From Nitrososphaeria archaeon (GTDB lineage Archaea; Thermoproteota; Nitrososphaeria; Nitrososphaerales; JAAOZN01): DNA of 64,000 nt. Positions 29,112-40,222 of this stretch are shown piece by piece; within the stretch, counting starts at the first letter, position 1, and each line of letters opens with the position of its first letter. The notes beneath the pieces were generated by a model that was not told the origin of the DNA, made no database searches, and saw only the letters and a list, made by a program, of their open reading frames with translations. The stretch lies in the NCBI GenBank assembly GCA_029775855.1, contig JARVJZ010000004.1:64001-128000 (forward strand), written 5' to 3'. The position numbers and the translations under genes are program-made.

Positions 29112-29669
29112 TTATTGGATTGGAGACTTTTCTCCTTGAAGTGCAACAAAACCTTCAGCTCCACCTTCCCTTATAAGCCAGAGTTTGAAGGCGTAGCCGC
29201 ATCCACACCTAAGAAGTAGCTGACCTAAGTAGGTATCTTGAGGTGGTACACCAATATCAAGTTGCTTAAACGTCTCTTCTAAGAGTGGTAGCTTATAAGG
29301 TGAAGTTAGAGAAACGATTATCTTACCTCCTTGGTCTACGAGAGTTGAAAGCAGCTTAAAGAGATCGAGATCAACACCTTCAACCGTGAGATCAACTACT
29401 TCACCGCCTTCGAAGAAGATAAGGTAGCAGTAGTCTATATCAAAGTATGAAGGAAGATTTATTGATGCTCTACCTACGCTATAGAAGCCTTCTATCATCG
29501 AATTGATTGAGATCTTACCTTGTTTTAACCCTTTTAGCTGAAAATATCTGCATTCCTTCTCGCGGCCTTTTGGTCTAAGTATCGTAGGAACGGTCAGCTT
29601 GAGGTTTCCAATCTTCTTACCCTCTAAACTCCTTAACCTTTCTTCTGGGTCTTTATATGCTCTCAGCAA
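29112..29669 (-). CDS. DUF1122-like protein
   Basis: GVPPQDTYLG...FKLWLIREGGAEG...LQGEK C-terminal pattern. Confidence 0.65.
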   Translation of the reverse strand: MLRAYKDPEERLRSLEGKKIGNLKLTVPTILRPKGREKECRYFQLKGLKQGKISINSMIEGFYSVGRASINLPSYFDIDYCYLIFFEGGEVVDLTVEGVDLDLFKLLSTLVDQGGKIIVSLTSPYKLPLLEETFKQLDIGVPPQDTYLGQLLLRCGCGYAFKLWLIREGGAEGFVALQGEKSPIQ

Positions 29670-29684
29670 GTTAGACCCCTACGT

Positions 29685-30752
29685 CTAGCTGGTACTTGAA
29701 AGAATTTTATCAGCGGTTAGGTTCAACACAATCTCGGCTATATCTGTTGCATATTCCGCAGTTCGTTTAATGTCTTCTATTATGAGTCTAGCGATATATG
29801 TCTGCTCCTTGGAGCTTTCTGCATCTATAATCGTTAGAAGTTCCTTAACCATATTATCTACGACTTCTGCGTCAAGTATTAGCCTTTCAGCGGATTCATA
29901 ATCTCTTTTAAATAAAGCTTGGCTAGCTCTTTCTAAAAAGCTTACAGCGGTATCACTCAGATTCTTTATGTGGTCAAGTATTTCTGGTTTAAGTCTATTT
30001 TTGAGCTGTAGCACATTCTGCGCTATGCTTACCGCGTGGTCTGCAGTCCTCTCCACACTCTTCACTATAACCCGGTAGCCGAGGCAATCTTTTGGCGCTT
30101 CTAACCCGATCTTTTCAAGAATCCTTCCGTCTGAAACGGCTTGTTTAAGTTGGCGTATCGTATATAAGCTGAATCTATCTACTTCGTCATCAACTCGGAT
30201 GACACCCTTAGCTACTTCATAATCAAATTCGGTTAGAGCGGTAAGGGCATCTCTATGCATAGATGCTGCTATAAGGAACATTCTCCTTAGAGCGTTCTCA
30301 ACATTTAACTCAGGAACGCCTAGAAAGACTTGCAAGGTTATGTAGTTAGTTGACTCATCTACCACCTCAACACCAATAAGACTTTCACGTACGGTATCCT
30401 TAACAACTTCTTTATGCTGCAGATCAAATCTTCCATCCTTTGCCTTGACTTGAATTATGCGATATCCAAGTAGGTAGGCTGATATTATTCTCCTGATTAG
30501 TGAGTGGGGGTGTTCTTTGTTTGAAGTCTCGATAACCGCTTTATCCTTAAGCTGCGTTGGCATATGATCCCGGTGCGTAATAATTAACGCTTTAGGTCCA
30601 TATCTTGCGACGGTCAGTTCACTTCCTGCTTTGAGCTTCATCTCATCTACCCAACGTTTTGGGAGAGCTATAATATAGGATGATTTCCCTGAGAACTGGA
30701 TTCTTCTTGTCCAATAATTTAAGGGTTCATGCTCTTTTATTTCCTCAACCAT
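29685..30752 (-). CDS. AbrB-PhoU phosphate uptake regulator
   Basis: RRIQFSGKSSYIIALPKRW AbrB domain; DDEVDRF, ERTADHA PhoU repeats. Confidence 0.92.
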   Translation of the reverse strand: MVEEIKEHEPLNYWTRRIQFSGKSSYIIALPKRWVDEMKLKAGSELTVARYGPKALIITHRDHMPTQLKDKAVIETSNKEHPHSLIRRIISAYLLGYRIIQVKAKDGRFDLQHKEVVKDTVRESLIGVEVVDESTNYITLQVFLGVPELNVENALRRMFLIAASMHRDALTALTEFDYEVAKGVIRVDDEVDRFSLYTIRQLKQAVSDGRILEKIGLEAPKDCLGYRVIVKSVERTADHAVSIAQNVLQLKNRLKPEILDHIKNLSDTAVSFLERASQALFKRDYESAERLILDAEVVDNMVKELLTIIDAESSKEQTYIARLIIEDIKRTAEYATDIAEIVLNLTADKILSSTS

Positions 30753-30842
30753 ACATTTCTTCAGGATATATAGTTCAATAAGCCATATATGTTTTACTTG
30801 TCAACACCATATATACTCCATAATCACAAACTGTAGAAGAAT

Positions 30843-31856
30843 ATGCAGCACAACGACGCACAGTTATCACTAAACCAAAAGAAAAAATTTGTTACCACCT
30901 TCTTCTTTCTACAGCATCTAAAAAGAAGCATAAAGGGCGATAACCTCTTCATAGTCGTAACTGCTGCGGCATCATCTAGCATAATCATAATAATGGCTCT
31001 GATGATCTTTAAGATCTACGATGGGGCTGCACCCGTCTTTGAACGATTTGGGGTAAATTTCCTAACCGGTTTAGAATGGAATCCAGTAGAGGGAATGGAG
31101 GCTTATGGTGCTCTACCATACCTCTTAGGTACAATCACCACATCAGCCATAGCGCTTGTTGTTGGTGTTCCGATAAGTTTAGGTGTAGCCATCTTTTTGG
31201 CTGAGATCGCTCCGAGCAGCATTAGAGCGCCTCTATCATACATTATCGAGCTGTTAGCAGCCGTCCCAAGTGTTATCTATGGGCTCTGGGGAGTGTTTGT
31301 ATTCAGATTCTGGGTTAGGGATCTGATAGAAAAGCCGCTATCAACTTATTTAGGTTTCGTACCTATATTCAGCGGCACACCATATGGGTTAAGCATACTT
31401 AGCGGCGGGCTTATCCTATCCATTATGATAATTCCAACGGTTTCAGCGGTCTGCAGAGAGGTTCTTCTATCTGTGCCAGCTACACAAAGAGATGCAGCAT
31501 ATAGCTTAGGTGCAACGAGATGGGAAGCTATAAGAATTGGGGTGCTGAGTTATGCTCGAGCAGGCATAATAGGCGCAATAATCTTAGGTTTAGGTAGAGC
31601 GGTTGGAGAAACGATGGCTGTAACTATGGTTATAGGGAACGCTATTGGTCCTTCCGCGCTACCAACCTCGCTCCTAAAAGCTGGGCAAACCATGGCATCC
31701 CTTATTGCCAACGAGTTTAATGAAGCAGACCCAGTTTCTCTTCACCCATCAGCCCTTATAGGAGTAGGGTTCATACTACTACTTTCAGCTCTTTTGATAA
31801 ATGTTGCAGCTCAAATACTCATATATCGTGTGAGGATGAAGGGAGTTGTGGAGTAA
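30843..31856 (+). CDS. pstC: Phosphate ABC transporter permease
   Basis: ELLAAVPSVIYGLWG, LGATRWE, GRAVGETMAV. Confidence 0.95.
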   Translation: MQHNDAQLSLNQKKKFVTTFFFLQHLKRSIKGDNLFIVVTAAASSSIIIIMALMIFKIYDGAAPVFERFGVNFLTGLEWNPVEGMEAYGALPYLLGTITTSAIALVVGVPISLGVAIFLAEIAPSSIRAPLSYIIELLAAVPSVIYGLWGVFVFRFWVRDLIEKPLSTYLGFVPIFSGTPYGLSILSGGLILSIMIIPTVSAVCREVLLSVPATQRDAAYSLGATRWEAIRIGVLSYARAGIIGAIILGLGRAVGETMAVTMVIGNAIGPSALPTSLLKAGQTMASLIANEFNEADPVSLHPSALIGVGFILLLSALLINVAAQILIYRVRMKGVVE

Positions 31857-32706
31857 AACAAACTACAAGATAAGAAAGTTCAAAGATCGACTCATAATCA
31901 GCCTAACCGTTTTATGCGTAATTCTCGCGATTATTCCACTTACAAGCATATTGATTGAAGTCGTGGTGCGTGGACTACCCGCAATCTCAATAGAATTTCT
32001 AACATCCCCACCAGGTGTCATAGGACAAGCAGGAGGAGGGATCGCTAACGCCATTCAAGGAACACTCATTCTAATAGGGTTATCTTCCCTTATAGGTGTA
32101 CCCTTAGGAGTATTAGCTGGAGTTTATCTTGCTGAGTTTGGGGATAATCCATTTGGTAGAGTGATCCGCTTCTTCAACGACGTTTTGATGCAGATGCCAT
32201 CGATTGTGATTGGAATATTTGTGTATATTTTGGTTGTGCTTGCTCTAGGTCGGTTTTCTTCTCTTGCTGGCGCGGTAGCTCTATCCATCATAATGCTCCC
32301 AATTGTTGTGAAGACAACGGAAGAATCGATTAGGCTTGTCCCCAATCTTATACGTGAAGCTGCGTTGGGACTTGGTCTAAGAAGGTGGAGGGTAACCTTG
32401 AGCATAGTAGTTGTGGCTGCGAAAAGTGGAGTGATAACTGGTATCATGCTTGCAGTGGCAAGAATAGCTGGAGAGACTGCGCCACTCATAATGACTGTTC
32501 TGGGCAACCAATGGTTCGTTTCAAGCCTATTTGAACCAATAGACGCGATTCCCCTTAGAATATGGCGACTAGCGCTACTTCCCTACGATTACGCGCACCA
32601 ACAAGGCTGGGGTGCTGCATTGGTTTTAATAACTATTGTGTTAGTTCTGAATGTGGCTGTGAAGGCTTTAACTAGGACAAAATTTAGTGGTAGGGTGAGA
32701 GTTTGA
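31846..32706 (+). CDS. pstA: Phosphate ABC transporter permease
   Basis: [26 protein letters not shown]. Confidence 0.95.
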   Translation: MWSKTNYKIRKFKDRLIISLTVLCVILAIIPLTSILIEVVVRGLPAISIEFLTSPPGVIGQAGGGIANAIQGTLILIGLSSLIGVPLGVLAGVYLAEFGDNPFGRVIRFFNDVLMQMPSIVIGIFVYILVVLALGRFSSLAGAVALSIIMLPIVVKTTEESIRLVPNLIREAALGLGLRRWRVTLSIVVVAAKSGVITGIMLAVARIAGETAPLIMTVLGNQWFVSSLFEPIDAIPLRIWRLALLPYDYAHQQGWGAALVLITIVLVLNVAVKALTRTKFSGRVRV

Positions 32707-33521
32707 CGCTTAGATTGATAGTTGAAGGTAAGGAGGATAAAAAACCACAACCAACACTTAAACCAGCGTATAAGATTGAGGCAATCGGTTTAAACGCTTG
32801 GTTTGGAAGCAACCATGTGCTTAAAGATATAAACCTAAAGATTAAACCGAATACTATAACCGCTGTAATAGGGCCTTCTGGCTGTGGGAAGTCAACACTC
32901 ATCAGATGCTTCAATCGAATGCACGAGCTTGTCCCTAATGCCAAAGTTTCAGGCAAAGTCTATCTTGATGGAGAAGATATCTACGCCCCAGGTGTAGATC
33001 CAGTCACCGTTAGAAGGAGAGTTGGCATGGTCTTCCAAAAGCCTAACCCCTTTCCAACGATGTCCGTCTACGACAATGTAGCCGTAGGTCTTAAGCTCGC
33101 TGGAGTTAGAAACAAACAGATTCTCGATAAGATTGTTAAAGAGAGCCTTGAAGCTGCATGGCTATGGGAAGAGGTGAAAGATGATCTTAATAAGTCTGGT
33201 GCGGCTCTCTCTGGCGGGCAGCAGCAAAGGCTCTGTATAGCACGCGCGCTTGCTGTTAAGCCTGAGGTTATACTGATGGATGAGCCTTGCTCTGCTTTAG
33301 ACCCGATAGCTACGGCTAAGATAGAGCAGCTTATGGTCAAGTTGAAGGATGAGTATACTGTTGTTATAGTTACACACAACATGCAGCAAGCTGCGCGTGT
33401 AGCAGATTATACTGCTTTCCTATACCTCGGTAGGCTGATAGAGTACGGAGAGACCGCTCAGATCTTTGAGAACCCGCGTGAGGAGTTGACTGAGAAGTAT
33501 ATAACCGGCAAGTTCGGGTAG
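32703..33521 (+). CDS. pstB: Phosphate ABC transporter ATPase
   Basis: [37 protein letters not shown]. Confidence 0.97.
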   Translation: MTLRLIVEGKEDKKPQPTLKPAYKIEAIGLNAWFGSNHVLKDINLKIKPNTITAVIGPSGCGKSTLIRCFNRMHELVPNAKVSGKVYLDGEDIYAPGVDPVTVRRRVGMVFQKPNPFPTMSVYDNVAVGLKLAGVRNKQILDKIVKESLEAAWLWEEVKDDLNKSGAALSGGQQQRLCIARALAVKPEVILMDEPCSALDPIATAKIEQLMVKLKDEYTVVIVTHNMQQAARVADYTAFLYLGRLIEYGETAQIFENPREELTEKYITGKFG

Positions 33522-33530
33522 TGTTTAGAC

Positions 33531-34175
33531 TTGGTTAGACTACTTGACATAGGGTTAGAGCGGCTTAAGAATATGCTGATTGATATGGGTACCTTCTCAG
33601 AGAAGACCGTCACAACAGCCATCGACGCCTACACTCAAGGTAAGAACCTTGTGAATGAGGTATATACAGCTTCGGAGAGACTCAGGATGCTTGAGGAAGA
33701 GGTAAGTGAACTGGCCATAGAACTATTGGCGAGGTATCAACCTGTTGCGTCGGACCTCCGTTTTATAAAGTCTTGCCTCGAGATAGCATACGGCTTCACA
33801 AGATTCGGTAGATATGCTTACGATATAATGCAGGTTAGAAGCGTGTTTGGAGACCTCTCTAAATGTGATACCAAACCCATAGAGGAGGCGGGTAAGCACG
33901 CCAAAGAAATGATTCAACTCAGCATAAAGGCTTTTATAGAACGAGACATAACTATGTCTAAGAAACTCAAGGAGATGGATAGTATAATCGACAACCTATA
34001 CCTTCAGTATGTTAAGAACGCTGCTGAAAAGCGAGACCAAGACATCAGATGCACTATAGCCGCCACACTTATTCTGAGGTATCTAGAGAGGATATCTGAC
34101 CACGCTACATATATTGCAGATTCAGTCGCATACATAAAGTCAGGCACTAAAGCGTCAAGACGGGCTATTGGTTAA
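33531..34175 (+). CDS. phoU: Phosphate signalling protein PhoU
   Basis: QPVASDLR, YLERISDHATYI. Confidence 0.92.
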   Translation: MVRLLDIGLERLKNMLIDMGTFSEKTVTTAIDAYTQGKNLVNEVYTASERLRMLEEEVSELAIELLARYQPVASDLRFIKSCLEIAYGFTRFGRYAYDIMQVRSVFGDLSKCDTKPIEEAGKHAKEMIQLSIKAFIERDITMSKKLKEMDSIIDNLYLQYVKNAAEKRDQDIRCTIAATLILRYLERISDHATYIADSVAYIKSGTKASRRAIG

Positions 34176-34176
34176 G

Positions 34177-36093
34177 TTAGTCAGCGAGTTTACCGTATGA
34201 GGCTAGATCGTCTGCAACATATTTTAAATCAAGGCGCTCCAAGGTGCTTCTTTTAGGTATTCCCGTTTTTTTATCCCAACCTCTAACCTCATAGTATTCA
34301 TCTAGCATAGGCTCTAACTCCACAATTGAGCCAGCTGATGGACCGCATTCTGGTGGTAATGGCTCTTTAAGGAAGCGTTCTGGTAGAGTATCATCTTTTC
34401 TTGTTATGCCCTCTCTTACGACGAAAGCGCGCTCTATGTTTATGATTCTCTCACCCATTTGTAGAACATCCCTAGGCGACATATCCCAGCCTACTGCAGC
34501 TTTAAGAAGCCTAGAGGCAACTTCTTCTAACTCATAATATCTTGGTGCACCATCTAGCATGGCGGATATGTTCTTACACATAGTTAGTGAGTCAGCTAAG
34601 GCTGCGCATTCCTCATAGTATTTGACTACTCTCCCCTTAGCCTTATACTCCAATCTAAAGGCTGCTTCTTTAGCTCCAAATCTCTTCACAGCCAATTCAG
34701 CATTATTTGAGAATTCAAACATCGGTTCTGCTCTTAGGTGATCAGCACCTCTGCTCGAGACCGCGTAAGTTAATGCGAAGGCTTTCATTCCTCTAGGTTC
34801 TCCCGCTATAATTTCAAGCCCTTTTACTTGAGCTGCGAGCTTGTCTGCACCCTGCCCTACAAATTCGCCGAACTTCTTTGCACCGTAAGCCATCTTCTCA
34901 CCTATTCCCTTTTTATATGCGATCATATCGATTAATGTCAGCACAGCTTCTGCATTACCCCAAGTTAAGTCCAGACCACCTAGCTGCTCTTTGGTAAGAA
35001 GACCTCGCTCATAACACTCCATAGCTAATGCTATCACCTCACCAGTCGTGATAGAGTCCATTCCATATCTGTTCAGTTTATCATTAGCCTTCAAGATGGC
35101 TTCAATATCATCTACACCACATCTCGAACCTATAGAGCCAAGCGTCTCGTATTCTGGGCCTTCACCAGCTAACCCAGCGAACCTTCCACTCTTTATGACG
35201 TAAAATCTGCTACATGGAAGCGGACATGAGCCACAAGCCTTAACCTTAACATTATAGTGGTCGCGTAAGGTTTCTCCGCTTATCTTATCTGCACCTTCAA
35301 ACACACCTGTCTTAAAGTGGTAAGATACTAAGAATCCTAGTTGATTAAGTGGGTTTACAAGCCTGGTGGAGCCCATGGTAGAGCGCCCAACATAGTCTGG
35401 TGAAGAGTAGATCTGCTCTTCGATTTCTTTTACGATCTTATCAAATTCGTCGTAATCAGCAACTTCAACTGGCTTCGTTCCCCTAACTACGATCGCCTTT
35501 AGGTTCTTAGAAGCCATTACTGTACCCATACCCGTCCTTGCAGCGATTCGGACTAAACTCGTGACCACTCCAGCGTATGATACGCCGTTTTCAGCAGCGG
35601 GGCCGATGCAAGCTACCTTAGCATCGCTATCGCCAACTTCCTCCTTCAGTAGCAGATCTGTTTCCCACACATCTTTTCCCCAGAGGTGGGATGCGTCTTT
35701 AATCTCTACAGTGCCGTCAAAGATCTTTAGGTAGATTGGTTTAGGTGCTCGCCCCTTTATTGCAATCTGGTCTAATCCAGCGTATTTGACTTCTGGTCCG
35801 AAGAAGCCTCCTGCGTTTGCATCTCCAAGTATGCCTGTGTGTGGTGACTTTGCTGATACTGTGAATCTGTTTGAACCTGAGCATATAGTTCCTGTTAGTG
35901 GCCCTACGCCTATTATCAGCACGTTTTCTGGGCTTAGTGGGTTTACATTAGGGTTTACTTCTTCAAAGAGCGTAGCTGAGTTAAGTCCTCTCCCGCCTAG
36001 GAACATTTTGAGCTGTGCTTCACTTATATCCTCTAAACAATAGTCTCCTCTAGATAGATCTACCCTTAGCCTCCTACCAGCATATGCCTTCAA
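34177..36093 (-). CDS. aor: Aldehyde:ferredoxin oxidoreductase (canonical W-AOR family)
   Basis: KSPHTG, CIGPAAE, CGSCPLPC, GPEYET, RGADHL, DSLTMC, DDTLPERF, YYEVRGW; TTG 36093 likely start. Confidence 0.93.
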   Translation of the reverse strand: MKAYAGRRLRVDLSRGDYCLEDISEAQLKMFLGGRGLNSATLFEEVNPNVNPLSPENVLIIGVGPLTGTICSGSNRFTVSAKSPHTGILGDANAGGFFGPEVKYAGLDQIAIKGRAPKPIYLKIFDGTVEIKDASHLWGKDVWETDLLLKEEVGDSDAKVACIGPAAENGVSYAGVVTSLVRIAARTGMGTVMASKNLKAIVVRGTKPVEVADYDEFDKIVKEIEEQIYSSPDYVGRSTMGSTRLVNPLNQLGFLVSYHFKTGVFEGADKISGETLRDHYNVKVKACGSCPLPCSRFYVIKSGRFAGLAGEGPEYETLGSIGSRCGVDDIEAILKANDKLNRYGMDSITTGEVIALAMECYERGLLTKEQLGGLDLTWGNAEAVLTLIDMIAYKKGIGEKMAYGAKKFGEFVGQGADKLAAQVKGLEIIAGEPRGMKAFALTYAVSSRGADHLRAEPMFEFSNNAELAVKRFGAKEAAFRLEYKAKGRVVKYYEECAALADSLTMCKNISAMLDGAPRYYELEEVASRLLKAAVGWDMSPRDVLQMGERIINIERAFVVREGITRKDDTLPERFLKEPLPPECGPSAGSIVELEPMLDEYYEVRGWDKKTGIPKRSTLERLDLKYVADDLASYGKLAD

Positions 36094-36103
36094 GAATAAT
36101 CGC

Positions 36104-36598
36104 CTACTTCTTGACACCCCAGCTTCTTAAGATAGAGCGTGAAGCCGCTTCAGCTGACTGAGTTGATTTGGTTTTCGCTGCCTCCGTCAGAGTTATGTAT
36201 CTGATAGCCTCAGTTGGGCATCTAGCCACACAAGCAGGGTTGCCGGAGCAGAGATCACAGACAATTGGAAGCCTAGTCCTAGGGTGAAGCACAATAGCTC
36301 CAAATGGGCAAGCTTCTACACAAGCCCCACACATTATACATATCTCGGACTTTAGAAGCACAATATCAGAGCCTTGTGTGCGAAAGAGTGCACCGACTGG
36401 GCAAGCCTCGATGCAAGCTGCTTTACCGCAGAATCTGCAGACCGAAGGGTAATCTAACCCTATGGGTTCAACCTTGACTACCTTTATTCTTGATATGGCT
36501 GGGTCGAAGACTTGTTCGTGGGCTGCGCTACAAGCTACTTCACAGAGTCTACAGCCAGTGCACTTTCTTGGGTCTGCTACTATCCTTCCCTTCTCCAA
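36104..36598 (-). CDS. Four-cluster [4Fe-4S] ferredoxin (AOR partner)
   Basis: CTGCRLCEVAC, CRFC-x4-C-x3-CP, CIMCGACVEACP, CDLC-x5-C-x3-CP. Confidence 0.92.
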   Translation of the reverse strand: MEKGRIVADPRKCTGCRLCEVACSAAHEQVFDPAISRIKVVKVEPIGLDYPSVCRFCGKAACIEACPVGALFRTQGSDIVLLKSEICIMCGACVEACPFGAIVLHPRTRLPIVCDLCSGNPACVARCPTEAIRYITLTEAAKTKSTQSAEAASRSILRSWGVKK

Positions 36599-36605
36599 AA
36601 TTACA

Positions 36606-37613
36606 TTACTTCTCCATTTCTCTAAAGTATGGGATTACATACTTACCGAGTAGCTTGACTGATTCTTCTGGGTCTGGCCCTAGGGGTGCACCTATTGAGA
36701 TGTGTTGTAGCCCCTTCTTCTGAAGCATCTCGATCTTTGCTATGCAGTCGTCTGGTGTTCCTCTTATGGCTAGATTAAGCATCTTATCAGTAACGAGTTT
36801 AGCTGCTGCATCTAAGCCTTCTTTACGCCAGACTTCTTGAATTGGTTCAAAGTCCTTGTGGCTTAGCCCTATAGTCGATAGACCTAGTTCTCCGAGCATG
36901 GGTCCGAAGTATGCGACTAGCTTGCGGAGAGGCTCTTCAGCTACTTCGCCCTTCTTTGATATGGAGAGCCATACACATCCTGCAACATCGACCTCTGAGA
37001 AGTCTCGCCCGACTTCTCTTGCACCAGCCTTCATACGCTCCATCGCTATATCTATGAATTCTGGTGGATATAATATGGGTAGGACGCCATCACCATATGC
37101 TCCACTATAAGCTAGTAGCTTTTCTCCTTGACCACCTATGTATATTGGTATCTTCTTCTTATATTGGTCGAAGCGCATATAGCATTCTGAGCTCCACTTG
37201 ATCTCCTTACCGTTATATGCAGCGTTTTCTCCAGCCCAAAGTTTTCTTAGAACCTCAACAGTCTCCTTAACTCTGGTTAATGGTCGCTCGTGTTCTATTC
37301 CAAGCCATCTAAGGTATTCTAAGGCGCCAGCGCTTAGCCCGCAGAGTGCTCTTCCCTTCGTGTATTCGTCGAGCGCGGAGAGATACATGGCTATTTCAGC
37401 TGGGTTGGTTGTGTATGGGTTTAGTATCGTGTTGCCTAGGTAGACTTTCTTCGTCTGCGCACCTATTATGGTCAGAGTGACCATAGAGCTTCTCATGAAG
37501 ATGTCGTGGCTCACCCAGACCGAGTCAAAACCATTCTTCTCAGCTAATACGCCTAGCCGAACCATATTCTCGACGCTGCCGAACCAATCACACATTCTTA
37601 AGCCGAACTTCAA
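36606..37613 (-). CDS. LLM-class oxidoreductase, Mer-like, probably F420-dependent
   Basis: AEKNGFDSVWVSHD, NPYTTNP, IPIYIGGQG, GAPLGPD. Confidence 0.85.
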   Translation of the reverse strand: MKFGLRMCDWFGSVENMVRLGVLAEKNGFDSVWVSHDIFMRSSMVTLTIIGAQTKKVYLGNTILNPYTTNPAEIAMYLSALDEYTKGRALCGLSAGALEYLRWLGIEHERPLTRVKETVEVLRKLWAGENAAYNGKEIKWSSECYMRFDQYKKKIPIYIGGQGEKLLAYSGAYGDGVLPILYPPEFIDIAMERMKAGAREVGRDFSEVDVAGCVWLSISKKGEVAEEPLRKLVAYFGPMLGELGLSTIGLSHKDFEPIQEVWRKEGLDAAAKLVTDKMLNLAIRGTPDDCIAKIEMLQKKGLQHISIGAPLGPDPEESVKLLGKYVIPYFREMEK

Positions 37614-37703
37614 CCCTTATCCCTAACCTTATTTTTCACAACACTATTCTTAAATCTTATTATATTAAATATTTAGAAGCTGAAGATGGATGTAGAATCT
37701 TTA

Positions 37704-38432
37704 TTATTGGTTTTTCTTAACTACACCTAAGTAAATTCTAATAATTTCTTCGTTATTTAAGATATCGTTAGGCTTTCCCTCGTATGCAACCCTACCTTCA
37801 ACCAAAACCAAGCCTCTATCAGATATCGTAAGCGCCTTCCTAGCGTTTTGCTCAACTATCATAATAGTCACACCTAATTTCCTTATCTCAAGAATCTTGC
37901 TGAAGAGCTGATCCGCTAACTTAGGCGCTAGAGCAGCAGTAGGCTCGTCCAAAAGTAGAAGCCTAGGTTTAGCTATTAACGCTCTTGCCAAGGCTAGCAT
38001 CTGGCGCTCACCACCACTTAGAGAGCCCGCTTTCTGCCTTCTTCTCTCCTCAAGTATGGGAAAGATGTTGTAGATTTCAGCCAAGTTGACCTTTATCTCC
38101 TCTTTGCTTTCTAAAGGAACAGCGCCCATTTCAAGGTTCTCTTCAACGGTTAGCGCTGAAAAGACGTTGTTGATCTGCGGCACATATCCTATCCCTAATC
38201 TGGTAACGAGATCCGCTCTTGTCCTCGTTATATCTTTGCCCTCAAACATCACTTGCCCATCGAATATCGTTGTGAGGCCATAGATGGATTTGATGAAGGT
38301 GCTTTTACCGCTTCCGTTAGGTCCGATTATGGCAACGATCTCTCCTTTTCTCACCGATGTTGATATACCGTGCACTACTATCAGCTTGCCATACCCTGAA
38401 ACAAGGTTGCTTGTTTCTAATATTGTGCTCAA
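37704..38432 (-). CDS. livF: LIV-type ABC transporter ATPase
   Basis: GPNGSGKST, LSGGERQMLA, DEPT, VEQNA. Confidence 0.92.
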   Translation of the reverse strand: MSTILETSNLVSGYGKLIVVHGISTSVRKGEIVAIIGPNGSGKSTFIKSIYGLTTIFDGQVMFEGKDITRTRADLVTRLGIGYVPQINNVFSALTVEENLEMGAVPLESKEEIKVNLAEIYNIFPILEERRRQKAGSLSGGERQMLALARALIAKPRLLLLDEPTAALAPKLADQLFSKILEIRKLGVTIMIVEQNARKALTISDRGLVLVEGRVAYEGKPNDILNNEEIIRIYLGVVKKNQ

Positions 38433-38435
38433 CGT

Positions 38436-39194
38436 TCAACCACCGAGGTATACTTCGGCGACAACTTTGTTTTCAAGTATCTCTTCAGGCTTACCTTCTG
38501 CTAGAACCTTACCTCTATGCATCACATAAACATATTCAACGTAGTCGAAAAGGACTTCGAGCCTATGCTCTATTATAAATAAAGTTAGGTTAAACTCCTC
38601 TCTTAACGCTAACAGCCTCTCGAAGATATCTCTTGCAAGTTTAGGTGCGACACCAGCTGTAGGCTCATCTAGAAGAAGCATCTTCGGGTCAGCCATAAGT
38701 GTTCGACCCATCTCAAGAAGCTTCATCTGCCCACCAGAAATCTCAGCGGATAGTGTCTTATGTAAACCTTTTAGAAGCAGTCGACTGAGCAGATCTGAAG
38801 ATTTTTTAGCTAAACTGATCTCTTGAGCCCGCCAGCGTGAATGAATAGGCGCGTTCAATGGGTTCTCACCTATCTGACCCTTAGGTGGAACAAGTAAGTT
38901 ATCTAACACAGTCATGCCGAGAAAGAGCCTTGGATCTTGAAAACTCTTTACCAACCCCAGTGAAAAGATCTTATGCGGCGGAAGGTTGTCGATGCGTATA
39001 CCTCTAAACCAAATCTTACCCTCATCGGCTCTATCTAGACCAGAGATCACGTTGAAGAGTGTCGACTTGCCGCTTCCATTTGGCCCGATTAGTCCAGTTA
39101 CTGTTCCCTCTTTTATTGAGAGTGTGACGCCGTCTACTGCTCTTAAGCTCTCATAGCATTTTACTACCCCTTCTAACTTAAGTATTTCACTCAA
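38436..39194 (-). CDS. livG: LIV-type ABC transporter ATPase
   Basis: GPNGSGKST, SGGQMKLLE, DEPTAG, EVYLG; TTG 39194 after GAGGTG. Confidence 0.92.
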   Translation of the reverse strand: MSEILKLEGVVKCYESLRAVDGVTLSIKEGTVTGLIGPNGSGKSTLFNVISGLDRADEGKIWFRGIRIDNLPPHKIFSLGLVKSFQDPRLFLGMTVLDNLLVPPKGQIGENPLNAPIHSRWRAQEISLAKKSSDLLSRLLLKGLHKTLSAEISGGQMKLLEMGRTLMADPKMLLLDEPTAGVAPKLARDIFERLLALREEFNLTLFIIEHRLEVLFDYVEYVYVMHRGKVLAEGKPEEILENKVVAEVYLGG

Positions 39195-40218
39195 CTTTAA
39201 CCACCTCATATGCTGGCGTCTTCACGGGCTTCTCAGGAAGGATCCCTTTTTGCCTAAACATCAATATGGCGAGCATCAGTATGCCAACAATTATGTAGCG
39301 CAGATAGTTTAATTCCGCTATACCACCGAAGGTTTGGAGCTGTATTGCAAGTATCTGTGTGCCTCTGTCTATGGCTGTCATTATTGCCGCACCTAATAGC
39401 ACCCCTCTATTATTGGCTATACCGCCTAAAACGACCATAACCCAAACATCAAAAGTTCTTATAGGGATAAAGTCATCAGGATTCACATAGCCACTGTAGT
39501 AAGCATATAAAACACCAGCCAACCCAGCCAAAGCTGAGCCTAAGATAAGCACTTGCCCACGCACCTTCACAAGGTCTTTACCTAGACTCGTTGCAGCAAT
39601 CTGGTCGTCACGCATCGACTTAAGCAGCCTACCAAAAGGGGAGTTAACTAGCTTGTTGATGTAGATATAGACTCCTAAAGCAATCACAAGTATCAAAACC
39701 ATATATGCTAAGGAGACTTGATCAGCATCACCAAGCCATCTAAAAGGATTTGGGATTAACACTCCGTTGTAGCCATTAACGATAGGAGGGTAGCTTCTTA
39801 CAACAACCCGAAGTATTTCACCAGTAACCAACAGAACCATAGCTAAGAACCACTCCTCCCTAATCCTAATAGCCGGATAAGAGACAAGGTAGCCAAAAGC
39901 CCCCGAGATCAAAGCAGCTAATAAAAGCGCAATCAGAAATGTCAATAGGGCAGCATAAGGATTACTTTGTGTTATAGCAACCCTCTGCATCGTCCCCTCT
40001 GGGCTGAAAGGATCAAGTGGTGCTATACCTGCGATAAGAGGCATAAGGCGTGAAGCCACAACACCGGCTACAAAGGCGCCAGTCGCGTAAAAGGCAACCT
40101 TACCGAAGTTAGGCTGACCACCAAAACCGTATTCAAGATTAAGGCTAAGCGAGAGTATAGAGAAGATGCCAAAATAGCTTAAGAACGACACAGCAGCAGA
40201 GAATATCGGATCAGGCAA
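39187..40218 (-). CDS. livM: LIV-type ABC transporter permease
   Basis: SLNLEYGFGG, SPFGRLL, VVLGG, GILPE. Confidence 0.9.
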   Translation of the reverse strand: MPDPIFSAAVSFLSYFGIFSILSLSLNLEYGFGGQPNFGKVAFYATGAFVAGVVASRLMPLIAGIAPLDPFSPEGTMQRVAITQSNPYAALLTFLIALLLAALISGAFGYLVSYPAIRIREEWFLAMVLLVTGEILRVVVRSYPPIVNGYNGVLIPNPFRWLGDADQVSLAYMVLILVIALGVYIYINKLVNSPFGRLLKSMRDDQIAATSLGKDLVKVRGQVLILGSALAGLAGVLYAYYSGYVNPDDFIPIRTFDVWVMVVLGGIANNRGVLLGAAIMTAIDRGTQILAIQLQTFGGIAELNYLRYIIVGILMLAILMFRQKGILPEKPVKTPAYEVVKVE

Positions 40219-40222
40219 CGCA

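Noticed and set aside
36606-37613. Assigning the gene symbol mer
   Set aside because: Mer-like, but it cannot be separated from other F420-dependent LLMs without a phylogeny; its context is AOR and transporter genes
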